64,000 bases of DNA from a virus (taxonomy: Duplodnaviria; Caudoviricetes): positions 5,357 to 69,356 of the IMG/VR virus record IMGVR_UViG_3300048861_000137; one strand, 5' to 3'. The translations under genes and the position numbers were made by a program. Below, piece by piece: positions 39,321-49,056 of this stretch. How positions within the stretch are numbered: position 1 is the first letter of the stretch; the number at the start of each line of letters is the position of its first letter. Below the pieces are notes generated by a model. The model did no database searches. It had not been told where the DNA came from and saw only the letters and a program-made list of their open reading frames with translations.

Positions 39321-39800
39321 ATGGAACAAACGGAACAGACCGGAGGCGATTCGATGACCCCAACAGAGATAAATGCGATCGTGAATACCGTCGTGGATCA
39401 ACGGATCCAGATCTTCAAGAGCCAATTAGACCTCGATCTGATGCCGCTCAGGCTAACCGTTCAGAAAATCGAGCAGGAGCAAACAGAGAATCGCCAGGTC
39501 AACATGGCAACACAGGCGCTCTTGAATCGAACCGTCGGGACGGTCGACGCTTTCGTGGATACGATGACGGAGTACCGCCGGCAGGATCAGGTTTGGCAGA
39601 AAGAACTTCTCTCGAAATTCAGTTCCCACGTGGGAGAGCACATCGGCGAGGAGCGTGCCGAAAAAGAACAGACCGAGGACGAAGAGCGCGCAGCTGACAG
39701 TCGCCGGAAATGGATCAAGATAGGTATCGGAATCCTGGGATCAAGCGCGTTTTTGCGGTGGGTTCACGATCACTGGGCAAAACTTACCGGACCCCGTTGA
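39321..39800 (+). CDS. Coiled-coil protein with C-terminal TM helix (holin-like)
   Basis: C-terminal WIKIGIGILGSSAFLRW; directly before the endolysin. Confidence 0.5.
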   Translation: MEQTEQTGGDSMTPTEINAIVNTVVDQRIQIFKSQLDLDLMPLRLTVQKIEQEQTENRQVNMATQALLNRTVGTVDAFVDTMTEYRRQDQVWQKELLSKFSSHVGEHIGEERAEKEQTEDEERAADSRRKWIKIGIGILGSSAFLRWVHDHWAKLTGPR

Positions 39801-39803
39801 CAT

Positions 39804-39817
39804 AAATGGTAGTCTCT
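39804..39817 (+). promoter_or_regulatory. Conserved late-promoter-like motif, copy 2
   Basis: AAATGGTAGTCTCT upstream of the endolysin. Confidence 0.65.
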
Positions 39818-39827
39818 CGCCGCCCTG

Positions 39828-40286
39828 ATGGAGGAATCGGTGGAGCACAGAGACTATTTCATGCTAGCTCTCTGCCTTTGGCGCGAAGCCAGAGGCGAAG
39901 GCCCAGACGGCATGACAGCCGTGGGATGCGTCGTTCGCAACCGGGTCGTTCGAAACGTATCTTCCTACTACGAAGAAGTCGTGAAGCCTCTGCAGTTCTC
40001 TTCGATCACTGCGCCGGGCGACCATCAGCTCTGCCTCTACTCCCATGAGAACGATCATTCCTGGCAAGTCGCTGAGGAGATCGCTCGCAAGATTATCGAT
40101 CGAGAGATCGGAGATCTGACCGCCGGAGCGACCCTCTATTGGAATCCTGCCGGCATAGCGGAGAAGGATTCCAAGCCCTACACGCTCAAGGATGGATCTA
40201 TCGTCCGGTTTCCCGGCTCATGGAATCCGCATGCTGTTCTCCAAACCGTGCGCATCGGCGCACACATCTTCCTTCGAGAGGTCTAA
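39828..40286 (+). CDS. Cell-wall hydrolase, SleB/Hydrolase_2 family (endolysin)
   Basis: LALCLWREARGE...AVGCVVRNR...QFS...DLTAGATLY...IGAHIF. Confidence 0.88.
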   Translation: MEESVEHRDYFMLALCLWREARGEGPDGMTAVGCVVRNRVVRNVSSYYEEVVKPLQFSSITAPGDHQLCLYSHENDHSWQVAEEIARKIIDREIGDLTAGATLYWNPAGIAEKDSKPYTLKDGSIVRFPGSWNPHAVLQTVRIGAHIFLREV

Positions 40287-40700
40287 ATGTTGTCCGAATT
40301 GATCAAATTCATACTTCTGCATCCGATCGCGGTTCTGATATTTGTCTTTACCCTCGCCGGGCTATGGACGCTGGCTTCCTTCATTGGCGTCATGCCGCCG
40401 CTCAAGGAAGGAGCCGGATGGTGGGCCCGATGGGGATATGCGTGTGCGCAGGTATTCGCGGGAAACATCAAAGCTGCTGCTCACGTCGCGTCTCAGACTA
40501 GGTTCGCGAAGCAGATCGAATCAGAGTTGATGAACGCAGACGGTTCGACTCTGAAGCAGATCTCTACTGCGAGTGTGTCTGGAAGTTCAGAAACTGTAAC
40601 CAAGTTGGCGCCGACGGTAAATACCCCAACTGTCGTTCAACCGGTGCCTCAAGCTGTCCAGCCCGTCTCCTCTACACCCGTGGAACTATCCAAGCCGTAA
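40287..40700 (+). CDS. Membrane protein in lysis cassette (holin/i-spanin candidate)
   Basis: N-terminal hydrophobic helices; abuts the endolysin. Confidence 0.5.
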   Translation: MLSELIKFILLHPIAVLIFVFTLAGLWTLASFIGVMPPLKEGAGWWARWGYACAQVFAGNIKAAAHVASQTRFAKQIESELMNADGSTLKQISTASVSGSSETVTKLAPTVNTPTVVQPVPQAVQPVSSTPVELSKP

Positions 40701-40730
40701 ACCATCTAGTCATTCTCAAGGAAAACTCCC

Positions 40731-41348
40731 ATGAAGTTTCTCCGCAAGTTATCCATACCAGCGATCGCCGCGGTTGTCGCAGCATCGCTCATCATTGCCC
40801 CCACCACAGGATGCTCCAGCGCTGACGTACAGAAGGCTGTTTCCCTCGTACAGGCTGAGATTCCTACAGCGATCGCTCTGATCGGCGATCTCGCGCCAAT
40901 CATCATCGCCTTTGCCGGACCGAACGGTGGTCAAGTATCCACAGCCGTTCCACAGATAAACCAAAAACTTACTGACCTACAGGCCCTCTGCCAGCAGTAC
41001 ACTGCAAACCCCGGCAATGATACGTTTAGCAGCATCGTCAATATGGTGGATCAGCTTGTCACCGAAGGCGATACTGCTCTGCTCGATCTCGCTAACGTCA
41101 AGAGTTCACCGAGCCAAGCCACCGCCATGACTCTGCTAGGTTCCCTCTCGGCAGTCCTTCATATCATCGACGGATATGTCCAAGCGACCCAGTCAGCCGC
41201 CCAGGTGAAGGCGACCGCCCAGAGGAGAGCAGTCAAGTTGCAGGCGGTACATGCTTACTGGTCGCAGCAAGACAAGAAACAGATCGAATCTGCCTTCAAT
41301 ACAAACTTCGACAAGCTTTACAGCCAGGAACTCGCTATCGGCTTCTAG
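40731..41348 (+). CDS. Lipoprotein (spanin-like candidate)
   Basis: MKFLRK + hydrophobic core + TTG|C lipobox-like site; helical body. Confidence 0.6.
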   Translation: MKFLRKLSIPAIAAVVAASLIIAPTTGCSSADVQKAVSLVQAEIPTAIALIGDLAPIIIAFAGPNGGQVSTAVPQINQKLTDLQALCQQYTANPGNDTFSSIVNMVDQLVTEGDTALLDLANVKSSPSQATAMTLLGSLSAVLHIIDGYVQATQSAAQVKATAQRRAVKLQAVHAYWSQQDKKQIESAFNTNFDKLYSQELAIGF

Positions 41349-41450
41349 GGTTGCGGAGCCCTGAAGCCGACAAAGAGGCCGGGGCATTCGCCAAACCTCG
41401 ACAGTTGGCGCGTGTTCCCGGCTTCAGTCACATCCAGAGAAAGAGAGTAG

Positions 41451-42257
41451 ATGATGAAGCACGTCCTCAACGTTATCAAGGACATCTTTGACCCACGGGA
41501 TCACGCTGTAGCACCGAACCGTAAGGACAACGTTTCCATTAGCTTTCGGGAACTTGTTCCGTACTGGAAGAATCAGGGAACCGCAGGCAGCTGCACCGGC
41601 CATGCCGGGACGGAGATGCTCGAGATGCTCTATCGCCGACAATGGTCCCGCCTGGGCCAGAGAGTCGATGTCAACAACCTACGATTTTCGCCCATGTTCC
41701 TCTACACGATGGAACGGGTTCTCGAGGGTACATTCTCGATCGACGCCGGCGCAGAGTCACGATCCATCTTCCAAGCCCTTGCCAAAATCGGCTGCTGCCT
41801 GGAATCGGACGATCCCTACAACGAAGCCGAAGTTATCACCATGCCGACGCCAGCCCAGATCGAATCCGCGACGCAATACAAGATCGGCGCCTATCACCGA
41901 ATTCTTGACGTGGACACTGCGAAGACGGTATTGGAATCCGGCTACACGTTCACCATCGGCATCCCGGTTTTTCAGCAGATTGAAAGTGATGAAGCCGCTG
42001 CCACAGGGTTCCTCCGAGTCCCGAAGAATTCGGATTCTCCTATTGGCGGACATGAGATGCACGTCATCGGAGCCAACGATTCGAAGGAAGTACTCGGAGA
42101 GGTCGGTGCCTTCGAGGTTCAGAATTCCTGGGGTAAAGGCTGGGGCGATCATGGGTGCGCTTGGATCCCGTATCGCTACTTTGAAGCGACCGAGAGTGAG
42201 TGGGACATGTGGACTGCTCACTTCGGCAAGCCTTGGAAGCCAAAGAAAGATGCCTAA
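41451..42257 (+). CDS. Papain-like cysteine peptidase (C1 family)
   Basis: QGTAGSCTGHA (Q, C), GGHEMHVIG (H), VQNSWGKGWGDHG (N). Confidence 0.92.
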   Translation: MMKHVLNVIKDIFDPRDHAVAPNRKDNVSISFRELVPYWKNQGTAGSCTGHAGTEMLEMLYRRQWSRLGQRVDVNNLRFSPMFLYTMERVLEGTFSIDAGAESRSIFQALAKIGCCLESDDPYNEAEVITMPTPAQIESATQYKIGAYHRILDVDTAKTVLESGYTFTIGIPVFQQIESDEAAATGFLRVPKNSDSPIGGHEMHVIGANDSKEVLGEVGAFEVQNSWGKGWGDHGCAWIPYRYFEATESEWDMWTAHFGKPWKPKKDA

Positions 42258-42267
42258 TACGTAGCCA

Positions 42268-42300
42268 AAGGTCTGGGGGAATACCCAGACCTTCTTTTTT
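42268..42300 (+). terminator. Intrinsic terminator
   Basis: AAGGTCTGGG-GGAATA-CCCAGACCTT followed by CTTTTTT. Confidence 0.8.
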
Positions 42301-42317
42301 GTAGCGCTATGAATCGG

Positions 42318-42331
42318 AAATGGTAGTCTCT
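42318..42331 (+). promoter_or_regulatory. Conserved late-promoter-like motif, copy 3
   Basis: AAATGGTAGTCTCT just after the terminator, ahead of the head operon. Confidence 0.7.
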
Positions 42332-42371
42332 GCCCGCTTTGATCAGCTCCGCCGAACAAAGAGAGGAAGAG

Positions 42372-42854
42372 ATGGACACGCTTACCGATCCAAACGCCGT
42401 TGTTCCTGGCCGCAACGCAGCTACCCCGATGGGCAATCAGGCCGTCATTCAGCTTCGGAAGGCACTTGGTCTTCCTCCCGATCAGCCCGCGCCGGAAGAT
42501 AAGGTCATTCAGGCATGTGAGGGTAAGTACGGTCCCGCGGTACAGCGTATGGCTCAGTCGATCGGCGCTGGAGGTTATGGAAGGCCGGCAACGAATGCCA
42601 CTTCTCCGACGACTCCGGATCAAGGTCAGGCTGGCGGCGAGTCAGCTCCCCCGAATCCTGGCGGTCCCGATACCGGCACATCTCCCGATGTTCAGCCTGG
42701 CGCGCGCACCGAAGGCAAGATGGGCGCCGCGACGATCTTCGGCCGTCCTCCCGTGAGCGCATCCGGAGAGCAGACGCCTTCGCAGGCTGGTGGCCCTGAG
42801 GACGAAGAGGATGATGAGCGTCCGACGTCAGCGCGGATATTTGGACGGAGATAA
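42372..42854 (+). CDS. Hypothetical low-complexity protein
   Basis: GAGGA RBS; two IFGR motifs near the C-terminus. Confidence 0.6.
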   Translation: MDTLTDPNAVVPGRNAATPMGNQAVIQLRKALGLPPDQPAPEDKVIQACEGKYGPAVQRMAQSIGAGGYGRPATNATSPTTPDQGQAGGESAPPNPGGPDTGTSPDVQPGARTEGKMGAATIFGRPPVSASGEQTPSQAGGPEDEEDDERPTSARIFGRR

Positions 42855-42863
42855 GGAGCGACT

Positions 42864-43196
42864 ATGAAGCGAACTCTCTATCCACTTACGGCGGGCGTCT
42901 ACACAGCGATTCCCGCACTCCAGTTCGCGCGGCGCGTCGATCTCGAGGAAGACGGAAGCACGGCTCCTGCCGGGATTCTTCTCAAGTTCCGCGAAGACAA
43001 CTTTACTCAGATCTTCGAATACCTTCCCGCACAGCAGCCTTGCATCCTCGGTGATCGTGTCGCGCAGGCGAACGGACGAGGTTACATCCTTGGCTGGCCA
43101 ACGCAAACCGGCCTCAATGCTCGAGCCGCAGACAACTACGTGATGGCCTCAGCCGTGACGGGCACTACGACTCTCCGTGTTACGGAATACGACTAG
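42864..43196 (+). CDS. Hypothetical protein
   Basis: AAGGAG RBS, 110 aa. Confidence 0.7.
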   Translation: MKRTLYPLTAGVYTAIPALQFARRVDLEEDGSTAPAGILLKFREDNFTQIFEYLPAQQPCILGDRVAQANGRGYILGWPTQTGLNARAADNYVMASAVTGTTTLRVTEYD

Positions 43197-43202
43197 AGCG
43201 CG

Positions 43203-43697
43203 ATGGATCTCTTTCCCTTTATTTCGCGCGAGAGCCATATGGCAATCGTCGCGGCCAAGCAGGAACAGATTGATTATCTGCAGGATCAACTCGCTTACCT
43301 GCGAGCATCCCTGAATAAGGCGAAGGATGATTCGACACAGCAGTTGACCAGAGTGATCGAAGCGTTCAAGCCGGTACCTCCTCCTGAAACGAAATCTCGC
43401 CGACGCACGGAACCCGATCTGCCTGAACGAGAGCCCGAGACGCTGGACCTCAGCATGGTAGATCCCACGGATAACGACGCTCTTGCATTGATCGCGAGGC
43501 GCGAGATTCCTCCAGGAACCCGTATGACGGCCAGCGGCTTTATGAGGAAGATCGAGAACCTTCGTGAGGCGGTGATCGAAGCCCACCAAGCGAAGACTGA
43601 AACATTGAAGACCCCGGCCATGGTTCCCGCCTCGGTCACAGAGAAGATTGCGGCCGCTGAAGAAGTCGGCAAACAGCTTGCGGGAGTGGGGGCATAA
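43203..43697 (+). CDS. Hypothetical coiled-coil protein
   Basis: 164 aa directly before portal. Confidence 0.65.
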   Translation: MDLFPFISRESHMAIVAAKQEQIDYLQDQLAYLRASLNKAKDDSTQQLTRVIEAFKPVPPPETKSRRRTEPDLPEREPETLDLSMVDPTDNDALALIARREIPPGTRMTASGFMRKIENLREAVIEAHQAKTETLKTPAMVPASVTEKIAAAEEVGKQLAGVGA

Positions 43698-43700
43698 GGT

Positions 43701-46049
43701 ATGGCAACTTCCGTGCTTGATTTAGGTTCCGCCTCGCAACCCCTCCGCATGCCCGCCGGCGGAGATGATATCAATCCGGATAATAAGCAGGAAGGCGATC
43801 CGGAACAAAAAGCCGACGCGCAGGGTATCGATAAGAAGGTTCGCGATGCCCTGATTCAGGTCCGGAGGATGTTCAAAGAGCAGTACGCTCCCAAGCGTCG
43901 CCTCTATATTCGGCGCGCACTTCGAGCATTTGAGGTTCTCAAGAACAATCCCTACATCCTGTACAACGACAACAGCGCTGATTTCGACACGCTGAGTTCG
44001 ATCCTCTCAGGGAATTCTGCTTCGAACGACGACCTACAGCTTTACCAATACAACGACAACGTCTACCAGATGCTTGGCCTGGCGTTCATCGCTGCCCTCT
44101 CCCCAGATGTTCCAAAGTGCCGCTTCCAGCCGGTAGACGCTGAGGACGAGGAAGACATCCTCGTTGCGCAGAAGGCCTCCACTATTCAGGCTGACAACGA
44201 ACGTCGCAATGGAATCAAGGCTCTCCAGAAGCTCGAGTTGCTTTATCTCTGGTGCACCGGTAGCTACTTCACCTACACCCGCAACGTCGTCGACAAGAAC
44301 CGAGCCGGCGTCACCCGGCAACAGATCACAGAGATGGTCGACACCATGGTGATTCCAAATCGCTATATCTGCAAGAACTGCTCAGGTGTGCTTCCAGAAG
44401 ATCAAGTATCGCCGTTCGCAGTCCGCCAGCGCTGCCCCGACTGCAAGAACCTCTTCGAAGAAGATGACTACTTCGAGGGTTACTCGATGCCGGTCCCCAC
44501 CAAGACCGGCGAAGTCGAGATGCCGAACAGCATGACAGCGATGGATGTCTACTGCGGCCTGAACGTCGATGCTGATCCGGATGCGAAGGAACTCTACGAG
44601 AGCGGGATCTTGGACCTCGAAGGGGAGACTAATGTTGCTTCCGTAAGGACTGCTTTCCCAGACATCTACGAAAGGCTCCAGCAGAACGACACTGGCGAGG
44701 ATTCGACTTCGGAGGACACTGCGAAACGGGCTCGTCAGATGGTGACTTCGCCGAGCGGTTCAAATACCGTCACATCGAGCGCAAATCAGGGAACGTATTC
44801 ACGATGCTGGATCCAGCCCTGGGCTTTCGCCATCCTCGAAGACCGCGCGATGGCGGAGCAACTGACAACATTGTTCCCTGATGGCGTCAAGCTCGTGACC
44901 TACGGTGAGATCTTCCTGCAGGCAGTTCCGGAACGGATGATGGAGCACTGGACATGGTGCCCAACGATCAAAGGCCTGGGCTTGTATCCTTTCGGCGTCG
45001 GTGATGCAGCCTTGGACATTCAGGTCCGTATCAACGACTGCGCGAACACTGTCCACGCGTACATGGACCGCCTGGCCTTCGGAACAATCTTCTTCGACGT
45101 AGACGTCATCGACTGGGACAAGATTGTTTCGAAACCTCTGAACCCGGGCAACGGAACGCCTGTTAGCCGAAAGAGTGACGAGGGCATAGACAGGCCTCTA
45201 AATGAGCTTGTCTATCAGCCAGACTTCCACATCGATTCGAAGATCTTCGAGTACGGTCCGCAGTTGATTCAGCTCGCCCAGGTTATTGCCGGCGTTCAGC
45301 CCCAGACCTTCGGCGGGAGCGATCCGAATATCAAGACCATGGGTGGCCAGGAGCAGGCACTAAAGACCGCGATCGGACGCATGAAGTTGTTCTGGGACCA
45401 GATCCGCGAAGAACATGCAGCCCGTGCAGAATGCTCCGTCCGCTGCACCATCAACAACATGGACGACATGCTTAAGATCACCGTCGGCGGCGAGCTCGAT
45501 GACGACTATGAGCAGATTCAGCTGCTGAAGAACGAGCTCACTGGAGACTTCCTGGCCTATGCCGAGTCTGACGAAGGCTTCCCCTCGAGCTATCAGGAGA
45601 TTCAGCAGCGGATCATGGAGCTCATGGGGATGGTCGCAAAGAATCCCTTCCTCGGATCGATCCTCTCTGACCCGGATACTCAGAAGGTCGTAGCGCGGTA
45701 TCTACTGCCGAATGGCATCAAGCTCCCGGGCGATCGCGAGCGAAGCCGTTTGAAGGTCATGATCAAGATGCTTTCGAAGGAAACGGCACAGGTCGGGCCT
45801 CCTGGACCGAACGGACAGCCGGTCCTCATTCCCAGCCGGCCGCTCAATATCGAATACGACGATCCGGCCATGGCGTCCATTCTTGCGAAGGAATGGCTAC
45901 AGGAAAACTGGCAGCTCGAGGACAAGCCCGGCTTCGCGAACGTGCTTGCGTTACTGACTCAAGCGAACATGCTCGCTGCTCAGAAGGCAGCACAGCAAGC
46001 GCTCCTTCAACAGCAGAACGGCGACGGAGACCAAGGAAAAGCGGCGTAG
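43701..46049 (+). CDS. Portal protein (P22/podovirus-like) with zinc-ribbon insertion
   Basis: 782 aa at the head of the portal-scaffold-capsid order; helical clip/crown-like segments; LAQVIAGVQPQTFG; Q-rich tail. Confidence 0.8.
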   Translation: MATSVLDLGSASQPLRMPAGGDDINPDNKQEGDPEQKADAQGIDKKVRDALIQVRRMFKEQYAPKRRLYIRRALRAFEVLKNNPYILYNDNSADFDTLSSILSGNSASNDDLQLYQYNDNVYQMLGLAFIAALSPDVPKCRFQPVDAEDEEDILVAQKASTIQADNERRNGIKALQKLELLYLWCTGSYFTYTRNVVDKNRAGVTRQQITEMVDTMVIPNRYICKNCSGVLPEDQVSPFAVRQRCPDCKNLFEEDDYFEGYSMPVPTKTGEVEMPNSMTAMDVYCGLNVDADPDAKELYESGILDLEGETNVASVRTAFPDIYERLQQNDTGEDSTSEDTAKRARQMVTSPSGSNTVTSSANQGTYSRCWIQPWAFAILEDRAMAEQLTTLFPDGVKLVTYGEIFLQAVPERMMEHWTWCPTIKGLGLYPFGVGDAALDIQVRINDCANTVHAYMDRLAFGTIFFDVDVIDWDKIVSKPLNPGNGTPVSRKSDEGIDRPLNELVYQPDFHIDSKIFEYGPQLIQLAQVIAGVQPQTFGGSDPNIKTMGGQEQALKTAIGRMKLFWDQIREEHAARAECSVRCTINNMDDMLKITVGGELDDDYEQIQLLKNELTGDFLAYAESDEGFPSSYQEIQQRIMELMGMVAKNPFLGSILSDPDTQKVVARYLLPNGIKLPGDRERSRLKVMIKMLSKETAQVGPPGPNGQPVLIPSRPLNIEYDDPAMASILAKEWLQENWQLEDKPGFANVLALLTQANMLAAQKAAQQALLQQQNGDGDQGKAA

Positions 46050-46101
46050 GCGAAAACTCTCATACACACCGTAAAGAGTTTTGTGTAGACAGATTTTTCA
46101 A

Positions 46102-46113
46102 AAATGGTAGTCT
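46102..46113 (+). promoter_or_regulatory. Conserved late-promoter-like motif, copy 4
   Basis: AAATGGTAGTCT upstream of the scaffold gene. Confidence 0.65.
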
Positions 46114-46124
46114 GCGCCGCGCTT

Positions 46125-47666
46125 ATGGATACTCCGACTACCTCCGCCGCGGCCGCTCCCTCCCCAGCACCTACCGCGAGTCCTTCCGCACCTTCGTCGA
46201 GCCCTTCCAGTCCGTCGACTACGTCCTCCGCGCCCGCGTCGACGCCAACCACTCCGGACAACGGCGGATCTGGCGGAGATGCTCAGCCGGACAATCGCAG
46301 CCTTCAGCAGGTAATCGCCGACAAGATCAAACCTGCTTTCAAGGAGGATGGAGTCGGAGGCGAACTTGCCGATCCCTCTCCATCTGGCGATGGTACTTCA
46401 GGAGAAGACGACGTTACACCGCCGGCCGCCGGCGAAGACGGGGAAATCAGCGCGAATGAAGAGCCAGGAGAAGGCGCCCAGGCCGGAGAAGAAGCGATCG
46501 ACGAAGGAAATCCCTTCGCGTCCTTCCAGTTGGAAGAGGTCACCGAGCTCGGGCCGAAGACTTTGGCCGAGAAACTCGCAGCCGACCCCGCCGCCGCCGC
46601 CGCGCTGGAAGCAAACCCCGACCTAAAGAATCAGCTTTTCGCGGCAGCGCGCAAGGCAGAGAGAGCCGCCAAGTACGACGAGATCCTTGGATCTCCTGAC
46701 GAGGCTCAGGTCGTGGTGCATAGCCATGAAGCTTTTTCCGGGATACGGGAGAAGATGGCCGGTGTCCAGAATGGAAATTTCGATTCGGTAAGCGCGGTCG
46801 TAAACGCGATGCTCGAACATGCAACCCTCAAGGATGAGGACGGGAATCCGCTCCTCGACGACAAGGGCGCTGCTCGTACCGATGGAAGTGTAGGCCGGTT
46901 CTTCAAGAACTGGTTCTCTATGCGCCTGGAGATGTTGCGCCAGGAGTCTGTAAGCAAGAACGACGAAGAAGGCGTTGCGTCTATCGACAATCTCATGGAG
47001 CGAGCAGGTCTGCGCGCCCCCTCCAGCGCGAATGAAGATGAATTGTCGGAAGAACTCAAGGCTCAGAAGGCGTCGATCGATGCGGAGCGCGCGGCTCTCG
47101 ATAAAGAGCGTCGTGATAAGTACGAGGCTGATCTCGCAGCCTCTGATGAACGGGTGTTTTCCAAGTCTGACGAAAACCTGGATTCTGCCATCAAGCAGAT
47201 TCTGGACAAGTCGACAGGGTTGGATAACTTCTCTCGATCGAAGGTTGAAGGCGACATTCGCAACAACCTCCGAAAGATGATCAAGTCCAGCCGCGGCTTC
47301 AAAGCTGAGAAGGCGAACATCGAAGCTCGCCCTGTTGGTGGTAAGCGCGAAAAGGCTCTGATCGAACTCAACACCCGTTACATCAACGAATACCTTCCCA
47401 AAGCTGCTCGAGAGGTTCTGACGCAGGCCGGCGCCAGCATTGCCTCGAAAGCTGAGGAGAGGAAAAAGACCCAGGCCGCTCGTGAACAAGCAGCAAGGTC
47501 AGAGCACCGCGGTTCACTTCCAGCAAGTCGCCAGGCACCAGCAGGCGCGAATGATTCGCTGGACGTCGTCGAAAAGGACCTTCAAGCCAAGATGGGCCGC
47601 CGCCCGTCGACCGCCGAGATCCTCGCCGAGAGAATGAACCGTCGCATGACCCCTGCCACACGATAG
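46125..47666 (+). CDS. Capsid scaffolding protein
   Basis: Disordered S/P/E-rich N-terminus, helical body, basic C-terminus; sits between portal and capsid genes. Confidence 0.75.
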   Translation: MDTPTTSAAAAPSPAPTASPSAPSSSPSSPSTTSSAPASTPTTPDNGGSGGDAQPDNRSLQQVIADKIKPAFKEDGVGGELADPSPSGDGTSGEDDVTPPAAGEDGEISANEEPGEGAQAGEEAIDEGNPFASFQLEEVTELGPKTLAEKLAADPAAAAALEANPDLKNQLFAAARKAERAAKYDEILGSPDEAQVVVHSHEAFSGIREKMAGVQNGNFDSVSAVVNAMLEHATLKDEDGNPLLDDKGAARTDGSVGRFFKNWFSMRLEMLRQESVSKNDEEGVASIDNLMERAGLRAPSSANEDELSEELKAQKASIDAERAALDKERRDKYEADLAASDERVFSKSDENLDSAIKQILDKSTGLDNFSRSKVEGDIRNNLRKMIKSSRGFKAEKANIEARPVGGKREKALIELNTRYINEYLPKAAREVLTQAGASIASKAEERKKTQAAREQAARSEHRGSLPASRQAPAGANDSLDVVEKDLQAKMGRRPSTAEILAERMNRRMTPATR

Positions 47667-47706
47667 CGAACTTCAAACCCGCTCAACACGAATTTGGAGA
47701 ATCATC

Positions 47707-48984
47707 ATGGCGGATTTGCAGGCAGGAGTAGGAGCTCTCGCAGTAGCGATCGAGCAGGTTTATAGCGACCCCCAGTTGCTTGTTGAGCGGGATGCCGTTC
47801 TTGACAAGCTGATCGCGGAAAATGGACGCGCCGAGATGGTGTCGGTCCACACGTACCGCCTCACCTTTGAGGATGCTCTGCCGGGTAACGTTTCGGCGAT
47901 CTACCTCGACAATCCGGCTGTCAACTTCCCGACCCCTGGGTCGAGCGACTGGCAGCAGGGTACTCTCGCTCCCGTAGCGTGGGCGGTCCCTGTTGGCTGG
48001 ACCAAGCTCGCTGAGTTGGCTGGAAAGCCGAACCTCACCGTCGTAAACGTTGTGTCGAAGCAGATGGCGCGCACGATTGATCGTGTTCGCCAGGTGCGCG
48101 ACATGGTGCTTTGCGCCGGCGATGGTACCGGAATCCTCGGCACGGTCACCGCGGTTGATGGTCCTAACAAGATCCTCACCTTCAACAACAACGACTTCGG
48201 CGCTCGCTTGATCGTCAAGAACCAACTCTTCGATCTCTACAACGGGACGACGCTGCTTGGTTCCTGCACGGCTCAGGCCGTGTCGAATGGTTTGGGTGGA
48301 ACACAGCAGGTCACGGTGGATGTGGTTCCCGGCGGCACAGCAGCGAACTCCATCGCCCGCGTCAACGGTCTCATCTCGGGATCGCCGACCTTCACCTACG
48401 GCATTCCTTACTGGATGTCGAATGCGACGACCGGCATCACGGTTGGCATCGATCGCTCGGTGGCAGCGAACAACTTCATCATCTCGAATGGCGTAAACGC
48501 TGCTTCGAGCCAGGTGACGCAGCCTCTGCTCCGCATTCCCTTCGATCAGATCAAGCAGTCGCTCGGTCTGGAAGTGGTGAAGAGCGGATCGCTCCGTGTG
48601 CATGTGCATCCCGCCCAGCGCGCGAGCTATGAGCAGCTCGCTGGCCCGATGATGCAGATCAACCGGACCGACGGCAAGGCGATGGGTTACGACCTGTTGT
48701 TCCGCGACGATCCGACGGTCAACAACTGCGAGGTCATTGAGAACATCCACGCGCACATTCAGCGCTGGGACTACCTCAACACCGACCGCTGGGGAAAGAT
48801 CAAGTGGGGCAACCCACCCTTCTGGTTCACCTCGGAAGGTAAGCGCGTGTTCCAGCAGGTTGGAACCAACGGGCAGATCACCTCGGGCGCCGCGTCGTTC
48901 ATGGTGGATACGGTCAACTACTACGTCGATAACCCGAAGGCTGGGTCCTCGATCTACAACGCCAAGCAGCCCACCGGCTACTAA
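47707..48984 (+). CDS. Major capsid protein
   Basis: 425 aa after the scaffold; strongly biased codon use; MARTIDRVRQVRDMVLCAGDGTG and TYGIPYW...GIDRS patterns typical of podoviral MCPs. Confidence 0.85.
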   Translation: MADLQAGVGALAVAIEQVYSDPQLLVERDAVLDKLIAENGRAEMVSVHTYRLTFEDALPGNVSAIYLDNPAVNFPTPGSSDWQQGTLAPVAWAVPVGWTKLAELAGKPNLTVVNVVSKQMARTIDRVRQVRDMVLCAGDGTGILGTVTAVDGPNKILTFNNNDFGARLIVKNQLFDLYNGTTLLGSCTAQAVSNGLGGTQQVTVDVVPGGTAANSIARVNGLISGSPTFTYGIPYWMSNATTGITVGIDRSVAANNFIISNGVNAASSQVTQPLLRIPFDQIKQSLGLEVVKSGSLRVHVHPAQRASYEQLAGPMMQINRTDGKAMGYDLLFRDDPTVNNCEVIENIHAHIQRWDYLNTDRWGKIKWGNPPFWFTSEGKRVFQQVGTNGQITSGAASFMVDTVNYYVDNPKAGSSIYNAKQPTGY

Positions 48985-48999
48985 GGCGAAGCAGAAAAA

Positions 49000-49040
49000 C
49001 GGCAATGAGAGGGGGAGGCCTAGAGCCTTCCCCATTGCCG
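49000..49040 (+). terminator. Hairpin after capsid gene (partial terminator/stabiliser)
   Basis: CGGCAATG...GGGGAGGC/GCCTTCCCC...CATTGCCG stem; no U tract. Confidence 0.45.
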
Positions 49041-49056
49041 CATAAGAGGAGAGAGC

